Assembly: GCF_004765795.1 (NCBI RefSeq)
Contig: NZ_SBIV01000003.1
Coordinates: forward strand, 186,001-250,000
Length of the DNA: 64,000 nucleotides
Direction of reading: 5' to 3'
Origin: Halorussus marinus
GTDB lineage: Archaea > Halobacteriota > Halobacteria > Halobacteriales > Haladaptataceae
Below are positions 55,192 through 64,000 of this stretch, in pieces (positions within the stretch are counted from its first letter, which is position 1; every line of letters begins with the position of its first letter). A program made the translations under genes and the position numbers. The notes under the pieces were generated by a model, which made no database searches, had not been told where the DNA came from, and was given only the letters and a program-made list of their open reading frames with translations.

Positions 55192-56076
55192 ATGAGCGAC
55201 CCCGCCGGCGTCGAGTGGCGTTACGACGCGACCCGATCGAGGCTCCTCCGGGTGCTCGCCCACGGGTTCGTGGCCGGACTCGGCGGCGCGCTGTTGCTCG
55301 CGGCGGGCACGCTCCTCTTCGCGCTCCCCGCCCTCGTCACCGCGATTTCCCTCGGCGCGTTGCTGTTCGTCGCTCTCCTCGTCCTCGTGGGCGGGCCGGT
55401 CTCGCTGGTCTACCTCTGGCCGATGCTCGCGGACCCCGACCAGCGACCGAGTCCGGGCGCGTTCGCCGGCGACGCGACCCCGTGGACGCCCCGAAGCGTG
55501 GCCGTCGCCGCCGTCGCGGGCGCGGTCGGCCTCTGGGGGCTGGCGGCCGCCGGCGTCGGCTTCGACGCGCTGTTCGCGGTCGTGGTCGCGCTCGTGTTCT
55601 CGCCGGTCGCGGTCGCGCTGTTCTCGACGGCCGGGACGGTCGACCTCGACGGCGGCCCCGCCGGCGCGGCCGACCCGCCGGACGCGACCGGCGAGGTCGA
55701 CCTCGTCTGCAACGGCCGGCGGGTCCCGCTGGCGCAGGTGACCCGCGTCCGATCGGTCCGGGTCGCCGGCCCGACGATCTACTGGGCGTCGTACGCCCGC
55801 GGGACCGGCGCGTTCGTCCCGCGACTCCTGACGGTGCCCCCGGAAGCGGCCGACGCCGTCGGCGCCGCGCTCGATGCGGGCGTCGAGACGCCGGCCGAGT
55901 CGCCGACGACCGATCCCGCGGTCCGGGCGGTCGTCTCGGGCGCCGGCCTCCTGTTCGTCGGGGTCGCGGTCCTCGGGTGGCGCGCGGTCGACGACCCGGT
56001 CGTCGGCGCGTACCTCGCCGGCGTGCTCGGCCTCGTCGGCGCGCTCCTCTGTCTCGCCGGGTGGCGGGGCGTGTAG
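55192..56076 (+). CDS. Hypothetical membrane protein
   Basis: 6 hydrophobic segments around a soluble beta domain. Confidence 0.7.
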   Translation: MSDPAGVEWRYDATRSRLLRVLAHGFVAGLGGALLLAAGTLLFALPALVTAISLGALLFVALLVLVGGPVSLVYLWPMLADPDQRPSPGAFAGDATPWTPRSVAVAAVAGAVGLWGLAAAGVGFDALFAVVVALVFSPVAVALFSTAGTVDLDGGPAGAADPPDATGEVDLVCNGRRVPLAQVTRVRSVRVAGPTIYWASYARGTGAFVPRLLTVPPEAADAVGAALDAGVETPAESPTTDPAVRAVVSGAGLLFVGVAVLGWRAVDDPVVGAYLAGVLGLVGALLCLAGWRGV

Positions 56077-56126
56077 CGCCGGCGCGGGACCCAAAGGTTT
56101 TCGTGTCCGCTTTCGATGCGGCGAGT

Positions 56127-57125
56127 ATGTCCGGGACGCGACAACGGGTACTCGGCGTGGTGCTCGTGCTGGTCGGACTCCTCGCCGCGGTGGTGCTGTT
56201 CGACGTGCTCGGGACCGTCTTCTTCGCGATCACGGTGGCGTCGGTCCTCACCCCGCTCCACCGACGGCTGGTCGAGCGCGGCGCCCACCCGTGGTGGGCG
56301 AGCGTCGCCGCGACCGCCGTGGGCTTTCTCAGCGTCCTCGCGCTGTTCGGCTCCTTTGCCTTCCTCGTCTACCGGCGCCAGGCCGACATGCTGGCGGTGC
56401 TCAGAGCGCTCCCCCGGAGCCTCACCGTCGAACTGCTCGGCGTCGCCTACACCGCCGACGCGAGCGTCGCCATCGCGTTCGTCCGGGAGAACCTCACCGG
56501 GGTCGCGCTCACCGTCGCACGGATCGCGCCGGTGCTCGCGCTCAAGGCGACGCTGTTCGCACTATTGGTGTTCGCGTTGCTCATCCACCGCGAGCGCGCC
56601 CGAAAGGCGTTGCTCGCACCGATCCCGCCGAGCTACCGCGACGTGGCCGAGGCGTTTCGCGAGCGCGCTCGCGAGACGCTGTTCGCCATCTACGTCTTAC
56701 AGGCCGCGACCGCCGCCGCGACCTTCCTCGTCGCGCTCCCCGTCTTCTACCTGCTCGACTACCGGCTGTTCGTCACGCTCGCGCTCGTCTCGGGGTTCCT
56801 CCAGTTTCTCCCTATCGTCGGCCCGACCGTGCTGGTGGGACTGCTCGGACTCTACCAGTTCGGCGTCGGCGACGTGACCGCGGCGGTCTCGGTCGGCGTG
56901 CTGGGCGCGGTCCTGATCGGGTGGCTCCCCGACGCGGTCGTCCGGCCGCGACTCGCGCGCCACACCGCCGACATCCCCGGGAGCCTCTACTTCATCGGGT
57001 TCACCGGCGGGCTCCTCAGCGTCGGCCCGATCGGGTTCATCGCGGGGCCGCTGGTGGTGGCGCTCCTCGCGGAGGCGACCGACCTCCTCGCCGCCGAAGT
57101 CAACGGCGCCACCGCGACCGACTGA
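56127..57125 (+). CDS. AI-2E family transporter
   Basis: LTPLHRRL, QFLPIVG, GPIGFIAGPL. Confidence 0.88.
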   Translation: MSGTRQRVLGVVLVLVGLLAAVVLFDVLGTVFFAITVASVLTPLHRRLVERGAHPWWASVAATAVGFLSVLALFGSFAFLVYRRQADMLAVLRALPRSLTVELLGVAYTADASVAIAFVRENLTGVALTVARIAPVLALKATLFALLVFALLIHRERARKALLAPIPPSYRDVAEAFRERARETLFAIYVLQAATAAATFLVALPVFYLLDYRLFVTLALVSGFLQFLPIVGPTVLVGLLGLYQFGVGDVTAAVSVGVLGAVLIGWLPDAVVRPRLARHTADIPGSLYFIGFTGGLLSVGPIGFIAGPLVVALLAEATDLLAAEVNGATATD

Positions 57126-57950
57126 TCACGGGACGGCGAGCGCCGCCGACTCGCGCAGGCCGACCGGCTGGGAGCGCCAGCCGTCCCCGACCGACAGCAG
57201 AAACGTCCCCTCGGCCGTCATCGCGTAGGCGCCGTCGGAACCGCGATCGAGCGCGACGATCGCCTCCTCGACCGGTAGCGACACCGTCCGCCACGCCCCC
57301 TCGGCGAACTCGAAGAGCGCCGCGTCGGTCGCGGCGTGAGCCTCGCCGAGGTCGCCGGCGCTCGCCGTCTGGTCGGCGCCGGCCGGCGAGGCGCTGACCG
57401 CGCGGAAGGCGCCCTCCAGTTCGGCCAGCCACCCGTTCCCGAGCCGGTAGAGGCCGTCGTCGGTGGCGGCCAGCGGCGTCTCGGCCGCCGACACGTCCCG
57501 GGCCTCGTTCAGTCCGACCTGCCGGAGGCCGCCGCTCGTCGCCCGGTAGACGCCGGAGGCCCCCGCGAGGAAATCGCCGTCGACGGCCCGGGCGTCGGCG
57601 ACCTCGCCGAGTTCGGTCCACGAGTCGCCGCGCTCGCGGATCACCCGGCCGTCGCCGAGCGCCGCCACGAGGTCGCCGTCGGTCCCGAACCCGACCGCGA
57701 CCGCCGGGCCGACGCCGAGCGCCCCGAAGCCGTCGCCTGTCGCGACCAGCACGTCCTCGTCGGTGGCGACCGCGAGTCGGCCGTCCCGCCCGGCGGCGTC
57801 CCGGGCGGTACACTGGTGTTTTAGCCCGAACTCCCCGACCAGATCGTCGGAGGTCTCGATCGCGGCCACGCCGAACTCACCGACGACGTACACCGGGACG
57901 CTCTCGTCGCTCCCGTCGTACACCCGCTTCTCGTCGATGCTGATGTCCAT
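57126..57950 (-). CDS. Haloarchaeal beta-propeller-like protein
   Basis: ISIDEKRVY start, repeated AAT..GLY blades, GLYRLGNGW. Confidence 0.75.
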   Translation of the reverse strand: MDISIDEKRVYDGSDESVPVYVVGEFGVAAIETSDDLVGEFGLKHQCTARDAAGRDGRLAVATDEDVLVATGDGFGALGVGPAVAVGFGTDGDLVAALGDGRVIRERGDSWTELGEVADARAVDGDFLAGASGVYRATSGGLRQVGLNEARDVSAAETPLAATDDGLYRLGNGWLAELEGAFRAVSASPAGADQTASAGDLGEAHAATDAALFEFAEGAWRTVSLPVEEAIVALDRGSDGAYAMTAEGTFLLSVGDGWRSQPVGLRESAALAVP

Positions 57951-57989
57951 GTCCGATCGTGGGGCACCCGGCGGGTTAGTGGTTCGGGT

Positions 57990-58403
57990 TCACGGGCCGT
58001 CGAGGAACGCGGCCCCGGTCGCGATGAGCGTCCGGAGAGAACACCCGACGTCGTGGTCGAACGTGACCGCGACGCCGCTCGCGTCGCTGTAGGGGTAGTG
58101 GACGAGGACGCCGTCCTCGAACCACCGGGCGGTGGCCTCCAGATCGCCGAGTCGGTAGAGGTCGGTCAGCCGGGTGGGGTCGCCGAACGCTTCGAGCGCG
58201 AGGTCGTCGATCAGGCAGGCGATCTCGTCGTCGTCGTACGACTCGGCGACGTCGTCGCGGACGTCCAACACCGCCTGGTGGCGACCGTGGTAGTGGACGC
58301 CACATCGGAGGCTATCGCCGGCGAGCGGTCGCAGCGTCTCGAGCAGTTCGCGCGCCCGCGACGCGCAGAGGTGGGCCGCCGAATCGCTCACTGTTGGACT
58401 CAC
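57990..58403 (-). CDS. Haloarchaeal hypothetical protein
   Basis: GDSLR..VRDDV..Y and LGDLEATARWFEDG pattern; GTG start uncertain. Confidence 0.6.
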   Translation of the reverse strand: MSPTVSDSAAHLCASRARELLETLRPLAGDSLRCGVHYHGRHQAVLDVRDDVAESYDDDEIACLIDDLALEAFGDPTRLTDLYRLGDLEATARWFEDGVLVHYPYSDASGVAVTFDHDVGCSLRTLIATGAAFLDGP

Positions 58404-58523
58404 TTTGCCTCTCGTATATAACGTCGTCTACTCGGCACTCCCCGACCGGCGGGGCTGACGGCCGGCTAACACGTCCCGAGCGTCTCCGGAATGCCTTTTG
58501 CGTCCCGGTCCGCACCCACGGGC

Positions 58524-59888
58524 ATGAAGGTATTCGGGTCCAGCGGAACTCGCGGGGTCGCCAACGAGGCGCTGACCCCGGAGTTCGTGCTGAAGGTCGC
58601 CAAGGCCGCGGGGACGGTGTGGCGGGCCGATCGCGTGGCGGTCGCTCGCGACACCCGCGCGACGGGACGGATGCTCGCCGACGCCGCCGCCAGCGGGCTC
58701 GCCAGCGTCGGCGCGGACGTCGACCGGCTCGGCGTGGTTCCGACGCCGGGCGCCCAGTCGTACGCCGGCCGCGAGTCGGTGCCGGTCGTGATGATAACCG
58801 CCTCCCACAACCCGCCCCAGTACAACGGCGTGAAGCTCGTCGGCGCGGACGGCGTCGAGCTCGCGGTCGAGGACCTAGAGCGCATCGAACAGAAGTTCCT
58901 CGCCGAGCAGTTCGACGGGGCACCGTGGAGCGAGACCGGAACGAGCCGCGAGGTCGAGGGCGTCCGGCGGGCGTACGTCGACCGGCTTCTGGCGTCGGTC
59001 GACCGCGAGACCGTCGCCGACGCCGACCTCACGGTCGCGCTCGACCCCGGCCACGGCGCGGGGTCGCTCACCAGCCCGGAGTTCTTCCGGAAGCTGGGCT
59101 GTCGGGTCGTCACCGCCAACAGCCAGCCCGACGGCCACTTCCCCGGCCGGGACCCCGAACCGGTCCCGGAGAACCTCGGCGATCTCGCCCGGCTCGTCGA
59201 GGCGACCGACGCCGACGTGGGGATCGCCCACGACGGCGACGCCGACCGCGCCATCTTCTACGACGAGACCGGCGAGTACGTCGAGGGCGACGCGACGCTG
59301 GCGGCGCTCGCGGCCGCCGAACTCGACCCCGGCGACTCGGTGGTCTCGGCGGTCAACGTCTCCCAGCGCCTCGTCGACGTGGCCGACGACTGCGAGGCGT
59401 ACCTCGAACTCACCCCGATCGGCTCGACCAACCTCATCACCCGGATCGAGGAGCTCCAACAGCAGGGCAAGCCGGTCCCGGTCGCCGGCGAGGGCAACGG
59501 CGGGATCTTCTTCCCGGAGTACCTGCTGGCCCGCGACGGCGCGTACACCGCCGCGCGATTCCTCGAACTGCTCGCCGACCGCCCCGCGAGCGAGGTCGTC
59601 GCGCCCTACGACGGCTATCACAACGTCCGCATCAACATCGGCCACGACACCGACGCCGAGCGTGACGCGCTTCTCGAGGCCGCCGAGCGCGAGGCCGAGG
59701 CCGCCGACGCCGAGGTCACGACCCTCGACGGCTACCGGCTCGACTACGGCGACGCGTGGGTGCTGGCCCGCCCCAGCGGCACCGAGCCGATGGTCCGGAT
59801 CTACGCCGAGGCCCGCGAGGAGTCCAGAGCACGCGACTTGGCCGAGGAGATGGCGGCGGCGTTACGCGACGCGAAGGCCGCGGCGTAG
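58524..59888 (+). CDS. glmM: Phosphoglucosamine mutase / phosphohexomutase
   Basis: FGSSGTRG, TASHNP, DGDADR, RPSGTEP. Confidence 0.9.
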   Translation: MKVFGSSGTRGVANEALTPEFVLKVAKAAGTVWRADRVAVARDTRATGRMLADAAASGLASVGADVDRLGVVPTPGAQSYAGRESVPVVMITASHNPPQYNGVKLVGADGVELAVEDLERIEQKFLAEQFDGAPWSETGTSREVEGVRRAYVDRLLASVDRETVADADLTVALDPGHGAGSLTSPEFFRKLGCRVVTANSQPDGHFPGRDPEPVPENLGDLARLVEATDADVGIAHDGDADRAIFYDETGEYVEGDATLAALAAAELDPGDSVVSAVNVSQRLVDVADDCEAYLELTPIGSTNLITRIEELQQQGKPVPVAGEGNGGIFFPEYLLARDGAYTAARFLELLADRPASEVVAPYDGYHNVRINIGHDTDAERDALLEAAEREAEAADAEVTTLDGYRLDYGDAWVLARPSGTEPMVRIYAEAREESRARDLAEEMAAALRDAKAAA

Positions 59889-59982
59889 CGATCGCTCGGC
59901 GAGCGGTCGGCGGTGGCGGCTCGAAGCCCTCCCACACCGACGAGAGAGAAGACTTATTCGGACCCGCCGGCGTCTCGGAGAC

Positions 59983-60405
59983 ATGCCAGCCTCTCGGCGT
60001 ACGTTCCTCGGCGCGGTCGGGACCGCCCTCGCGACCGGGGCCAGCGGCTGTACCGGCTCGGACCCTCGCCCGGTGTCGCTCTCGGTGTCGAATCTGACGG
60101 CCGAAGACCGCTCGGTGTTCGTCGAGATCCTGCCGGTCGATATCGAAGCGGACCTCTCGGAGAAGCAGTTGTTCGGTGAGTGGATCGATCTGGCCTCGAA
60201 CGCGTCGGACGGGACCTCGTACGTCGACCGTCAGGACGTCTCCGACGCCCAGAAAGCGCTCGTCCGGGTCAAGCAAAGTCAGGGCTACATCAACGAGTAC
60301 ACCTTCGTCCCCGACTGCCCCGATTCGGACGCGGGCGAACACGTCGAAGTCTCGATCCTGTCGGCTACCGTGGCGTCGGTCTCCCAGAACTGGTGTCGGA
60401 CGTAA
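59983..60405 (+). CDS. Small Tat lipoprotein
   Basis: SRRTFL, ASGC lipobox; two further Cys. Confidence 0.75.
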   Translation: MPASRRTFLGAVGTALATGASGCTGSDPRPVSLSVSNLTAEDRSVFVEILPVDIEADLSEKQLFGEWIDLASNASDGTSYVDRQDVSDAQKALVRVKQSQGYINEYTFVPDCPDSDAGEHVEVSILSATVASVSQNWCRT

Positions 60406-60548
60406 CGGCGTCGCGGCTCTCTCGTCTCCCGACGCGAACGACCTCGTCGTCGGCCCGCCGCGATCGACCGCTCGCCAATACGTTCGTCTCTTTTCATCTG
60501 ACCTCAGTTTTCGTGGCTTTTATGCTTGCTAGCCGGTGATTCTGCAAT

Positions 60549-62033
60549 ATGACCTCCTCAGACCGTCAGTTCACGCGGATCTCGAGCGGGATCTCCGGGC
60601 TCGATACGCTCCTCCGCGGCGGGTTCGTCAACGGTCGGTTGTACCTCGTCATCGGGCCGCCCGGGGCCGGCAAGACCCTCCTCGGGACCCAGTTTCTCGA
60701 AGCGGGCCTCGACGCGGGCGAGACGGTCCTGTTCATCCACGGCGAGGAGTCGGCCGACGACCTCCGGGCCAACACCGCCGAACTCGGCATCGACCTCGAC
60801 GACGCCGCGTTCCTCGACGTCGGGCCCGAGTCGGACTTTTTCACTCGGGCCCAGTCGTACGACGTGGTCAAGCCCCGCGACGTCGAGGACGGCCATCTGA
60901 TCGCCGACATCAGAGACTCGATCGAAGCGGTCGACCCCGACCGCGTTCTGATCGACCCGATAACCCACTTCCAGTACCTCGAACCGACCGAGTACCAGTT
61001 CCGAAAGCGCATCATCTCGTTCGCGCGCTTCCTCAAAAACCGGGGGACGACCGTGCTGGCGACCAAGACGCCGACCGAGCAGATGGACACCCAGCTCAAG
61101 TCGCTCAGCGACGGCGTCATCACCCTCAACCACGGCGACGAGAAGGCCGGCCGACGGATCCGCGTGCCGAAACACCGCGGGGTCGGCCAGCGCGATGGGT
61201 CCCACGGGATGGAGATCCGCGAGGGCGGGGTCGAGGTCTTCCCCGCGCTCGTGCCCGAAACGCACAGTCGGCGGTTCGAACCGACCAAGTTTTCCTCGGG
61301 CATCGACGGGCTCGACGCCCTCCTCGACGGCGGGCTCGAACGCGGCACGGTCACGATCCTCAGCGGTCCCTCGGGGGTCGGCAAGTCGACGACGGCCGCG
61401 GAGTTCCTGTCGACGGCCGCCCAGCACGGGGACCCGGCGCTCGCGTACCTGTTCGGGGAGTCGATCGAGACGTTCACTCACCGGGCCGAGCACTTTGGCA
61501 ACCCGGTCTCGGACCTCCACGAGGAGGGGTCGCTTTTGATCGAGGAGATCGACTCGCTCGCGATGTCGCCCGAGGAGTTCGCCAATCAGGTCCGCACGCA
61601 GGTCGAACGCCACGCGGCCGAACTCGTCGTCATCGACGGCATCGCCGGCTACAAGAACGCGATCAAGGGCGGGGAAGACGGCGTGGAACTGCGCCGCCGG
61701 CTCCGGGCGCTCACAAAGTACCTGATCCAGATGAACGCGTCGGTGATTCTGATCGACCAGCGCAGGGAGGTGACGGGGTTCCCCGAACCGACCAGCGAGA
61801 GCGTCAGCTATCTCGCCGACAACATCGTCTTCGAGAACTACATCGAGGTCGGCGGCGAGCTCCAGCGGATCGTCGGGGTGCTGAAAAAGCGCATCGGGGG
61901 CTTCGAGACGGTCCCGCGCCGGTTCAGGATCACCGACGACGGGCTCCAGATCGGCGAGTCGGTCTCGGGGATGCACGGGGTCGTCGAAGGCGTGCCCAAA
62001 CGCGTCGGTGGTGATCCCGATCAGTCGCTCTGA
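60549..62033 (+). CDS. KaiC-like double-domain RecA-superfamily ATPase
   Basis: SSGI.GLD.LL.GG twice; Walker A GPPGAGKT and GPSGVGKS; KHR and KKR motifs. Confidence 0.92.
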   Translation: MTSSDRQFTRISSGISGLDTLLRGGFVNGRLYLVIGPPGAGKTLLGTQFLEAGLDAGETVLFIHGEESADDLRANTAELGIDLDDAAFLDVGPESDFFTRAQSYDVVKPRDVEDGHLIADIRDSIEAVDPDRVLIDPITHFQYLEPTEYQFRKRIISFARFLKNRGTTVLATKTPTEQMDTQLKSLSDGVITLNHGDEKAGRRIRVPKHRGVGQRDGSHGMEIREGGVEVFPALVPETHSRRFEPTKFSSGIDGLDALLDGGLERGTVTILSGPSGVGKSTTAAEFLSTAAQHGDPALAYLFGESIETFTHRAEHFGNPVSDLHEEGSLLIEEIDSLAMSPEEFANQVRTQVERHAAELVVIDGIAGYKNAIKGGEDGVELRRRLRALTKYLIQMNASVILIDQRREVTGFPEPTSESVSYLADNIVFENYIEVGGELQRIVGVLKKRIGGFETVPRRFRITDDGLQIGESVSGMHGVVEGVPKRVGGDPDQSL

Positions 62034-62047
62034 GACATCCGATAGCA

Positions 62048-63154
62048 ATGACCGAGATCCAACTGCTGTTGTCCGCCGACGGCAACCGCCGGGCGCTGGC
62101 GTCGGTCGTGGACGAACACTACGATCCGATCGTCGACGAGGAGCTCCGGGACGCGGATCTGTATCTCGTCGACGAGCCGTCGTTTCACCGCTACCGCGAC
62201 GCGCTGGATCGACGCAGACGCGAGACCAGAACGGTGTTCTGTCCGGTGGTGTTGCTCCGTCGCGACCGGACGCCGGTGACCGTCGACCTCCCCGACCCGG
62301 TCGAGTCCGAGTCGCCGCTCCTCGTCAACGAGGTGCTGGACGCGCCGGTCGGGAAACAGACGCTCTTTCGAACGGTCGAGAACCTCCTCGCGAGGCAGGC
62401 CCGGAGCGAGCACATCGCGGCGGAACTCGACGCCGCGACCGCCAAACTCCGCGAGCGAAACGACCAGCTCGAAGCCCAGCGCGACGACCTCGGGCTGTTG
62501 AACCAGATGTTGCGCCACGACATCCGCAACGACCTACAGCTCGTCACCGCCTACGGCGACCTGCTCGAAGCCCACGTCGACGAGGCGGGGCGCGAACACC
62601 TCCGAACGGTCCTCGACAGCGCCGACCACGCGGTCGAGCTCACCGAGACGGCGCGGGAGATGGCCGACGTGATGCTCTCGACCGAGGAGGCCGAACCGGA
62701 GCGAATCGCGCTTCGCGGGACGCTCGACCTCGAACTCGAACGAGTCCGCTCGGAGTACCCGGACGCGACCGTCGCCGTCGAGGGGACCGTCCCGGGGGTC
62801 ACCGTCGTCGCCGACGACATGCTCGACTCGGTGTTTCGAAACCTGCTCAAAAACGCCATCCAACACAACGACGGGCCGGCCCCGAACGTGACCGTCTCGG
62901 TCCGCGAGCGTGCGGGCGAGGTCGCGGTCCGAATCGCGGACGACGGCCCCGGCGTCCCCGACGAGCAGAAAGACGAGATCTTCGGGAGACGGGCGACCGG
63001 TCTGGAGAGCGACGGGACGGGCATCGGGCTCTATCTGGTCCGGACGCTGGTCGAATCGTACGGCGGCGACGTGTGGGTCGAGGACAACGACCCCGAAGGC
63101 GCGGTGTTCGTCGTGACGCTCCCGACGGTCGAGGAGGCTCGGTCTGATGGCTGA
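62048..63154 (+). CDS. Cytoplasmic histidine kinase with N-terminal pseudo-receiver-like domain
   Basis: LRHDIRN H-box, NLLKNAIQH, DDGPG, GTGIGL; no TM segments. Confidence 0.9.
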   Translation: MTEIQLLLSADGNRRALASVVDEHYDPIVDEELRDADLYLVDEPSFHRYRDALDRRRRETRTVFCPVVLLRRDRTPVTVDLPDPVESESPLLVNEVLDAPVGKQTLFRTVENLLARQARSEHIAAELDAATAKLRERNDQLEAQRDDLGLLNQMLRHDIRNDLQLVTAYGDLLEAHVDEAGREHLRTVLDSADHAVELTETAREMADVMLSTEEAEPERIALRGTLDLELERVRSEYPDATVAVEGTVPGVTVVADDMLDSVFRNLLKNAIQHNDGPAPNVTVSVRERAGEVAVRIADDGPGVPDEQKDEIFGRRATGLESDGTGIGLYLVRTLVESYGGDVWVEDNDPEGAVFVVTLPTVEEARSDG

Positions 63155-64000
63155 GATCCAACTGCTGGTCGACGGCTCGGGCAACCGCCGCGCCCTTACC
63201 TCGATTCTGGACGACAACCACACTCCGGTCGTCGACGAGGAGTTGCGCGAGGTCGATCTGTATCTCGTCGACGAGCCGTCGTTTCACCGATACAGCGACG
63301 CGCTAGAGCGCCGCAAAAGAGAGCTCGATCCGGTGTTCTGTCCGGTCGTCCTCGTGCGCCGGGACCAGACGCCGGTCACGGTCGACCTCCCGGACGTCGA
63401 GACCGCCGAGCGCCCGCTGGTCGTCGACGACGTCGTGACCGCCCCCGTCGAACCGGCGTCGCTGTTCCGGACCATCTCGAACCTCCTCGCGCGTCGCAAC
63501 CAGACCGCCGAACTCCACGCCGACCTCCGGGCGCAAAACGACGAGCTCCGGCAGTTCAAGAACGCGGTCGAGCACGCCGGTCACGCGATCCTCATCACCG
63601 ATCCCGACGGGGTCATCGAGTACGTCAACCCGGCCTTCGAGCGGATGACCGGCTACGCCGCCGCCGAGGTCATCGGCGAAAACCCCCGGATCCTCAAATC
63701 CGGCGAGCAGGACGAGTCGCTGTACCGGGAGCTGTGGCACACCATCCGGGACGGCGACATCTGGACCGGCGAACTGGTCAACGAGCGCAAATCCGGCGAG
63801 CGGTTCGTGATCAATCAGACGATCGCGCCGATCGCGGACGCCGACGGGGAGATTCAGGCGTTCGTCGGGATTCAAGACGACATCACCGCGCACAAACTGC
63901 GCGAGCAACAGCTCACGGTGTTCCACCGCATACTCAGACACAACCTCCGGAACAAAGGGACGGTCATCAACGGGTACGCCGCCGAACTCGAGGCGTCTCT
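63147..64000 (+). CDS. PAS histidine kinase with a paralogous pseudo-receiver-like domain (partial, runs off the window)
   Basis: Manual translation from ATG 63147: MAEIQLLVDG...PAS (YVNPAFERMTGY...GENPRILKSG)...ILRHNLRN; absent from the ORF track because there is no stop codon. Confidence 0.9.
   Translation, partial: MAEIQLLVDGSGNRRALTSILDDNHTPVVDEELREVDLYLVDEPSFHRYSDALERRKRELDPVFCPVVLVRRDQTPVTVDLPDVETAERPLVVDDVVTAPVEPASLFRTISNLLARRNQTAELHADLRAQNDELRQFKNAVEHAGHAILITDPDGVIEYVNPAFERMTGYAAAEVIGENPRILKSGEQDESLYRELWHTIRDGDIWTGELVNERKSGERFVINQTIAPIADADGEIQAFVGIQDDITAHKLREQQLTVFHRILRHNLRNKGTVINGYAAELEAS

Overview
This is a GC-rich window from a haloarchaeon (class Halobacteria), judged from the acidic proteins, Tat lipoproteins, HalOD1 and amphi-Trp proteins, and short leaderless-type promoters. 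It is mostly core chromosome with about 59 CDS. They include a Zn/Mn ABC importer plus a ZIP transporter under a DtxR-type palindrome, DNA repair genes (NAD ligase, uvrC, uvrB, an XPD/Rad3 helicase), two rhodaneses, prs, ileS, metY-metX, serB, a beta-CASP RNase, thiBPQ and glmM. At the right edge is a KaiC-like ATPase with two histidine kinases. I found no rRNA, tRNA, CRISPR array or transposase. Many ORF-track starts are over-extended and were trimmed by eye. The most notable observations are: (1) a KaiC-like ATPase co-encoded with two kinases that share a duplicated pseudo-receiver-like domain, one with a NifL-type PAS domain; (2) an unannotated PD-(D/E)XK nuclease with a PIP-box-like tail; (3) a 104-bp structured, repeat-flanked insert between thiP and thiQ that contains an anti-SD arm and a mini-ORF preserving translational coupling; (4) a candidate CGGCAA-N3-TTGCCG motif upstream of sulfur genes; (5) a Tat-secreted protein built only of repeats. 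All family calls come from motif recognition; no searches were run.
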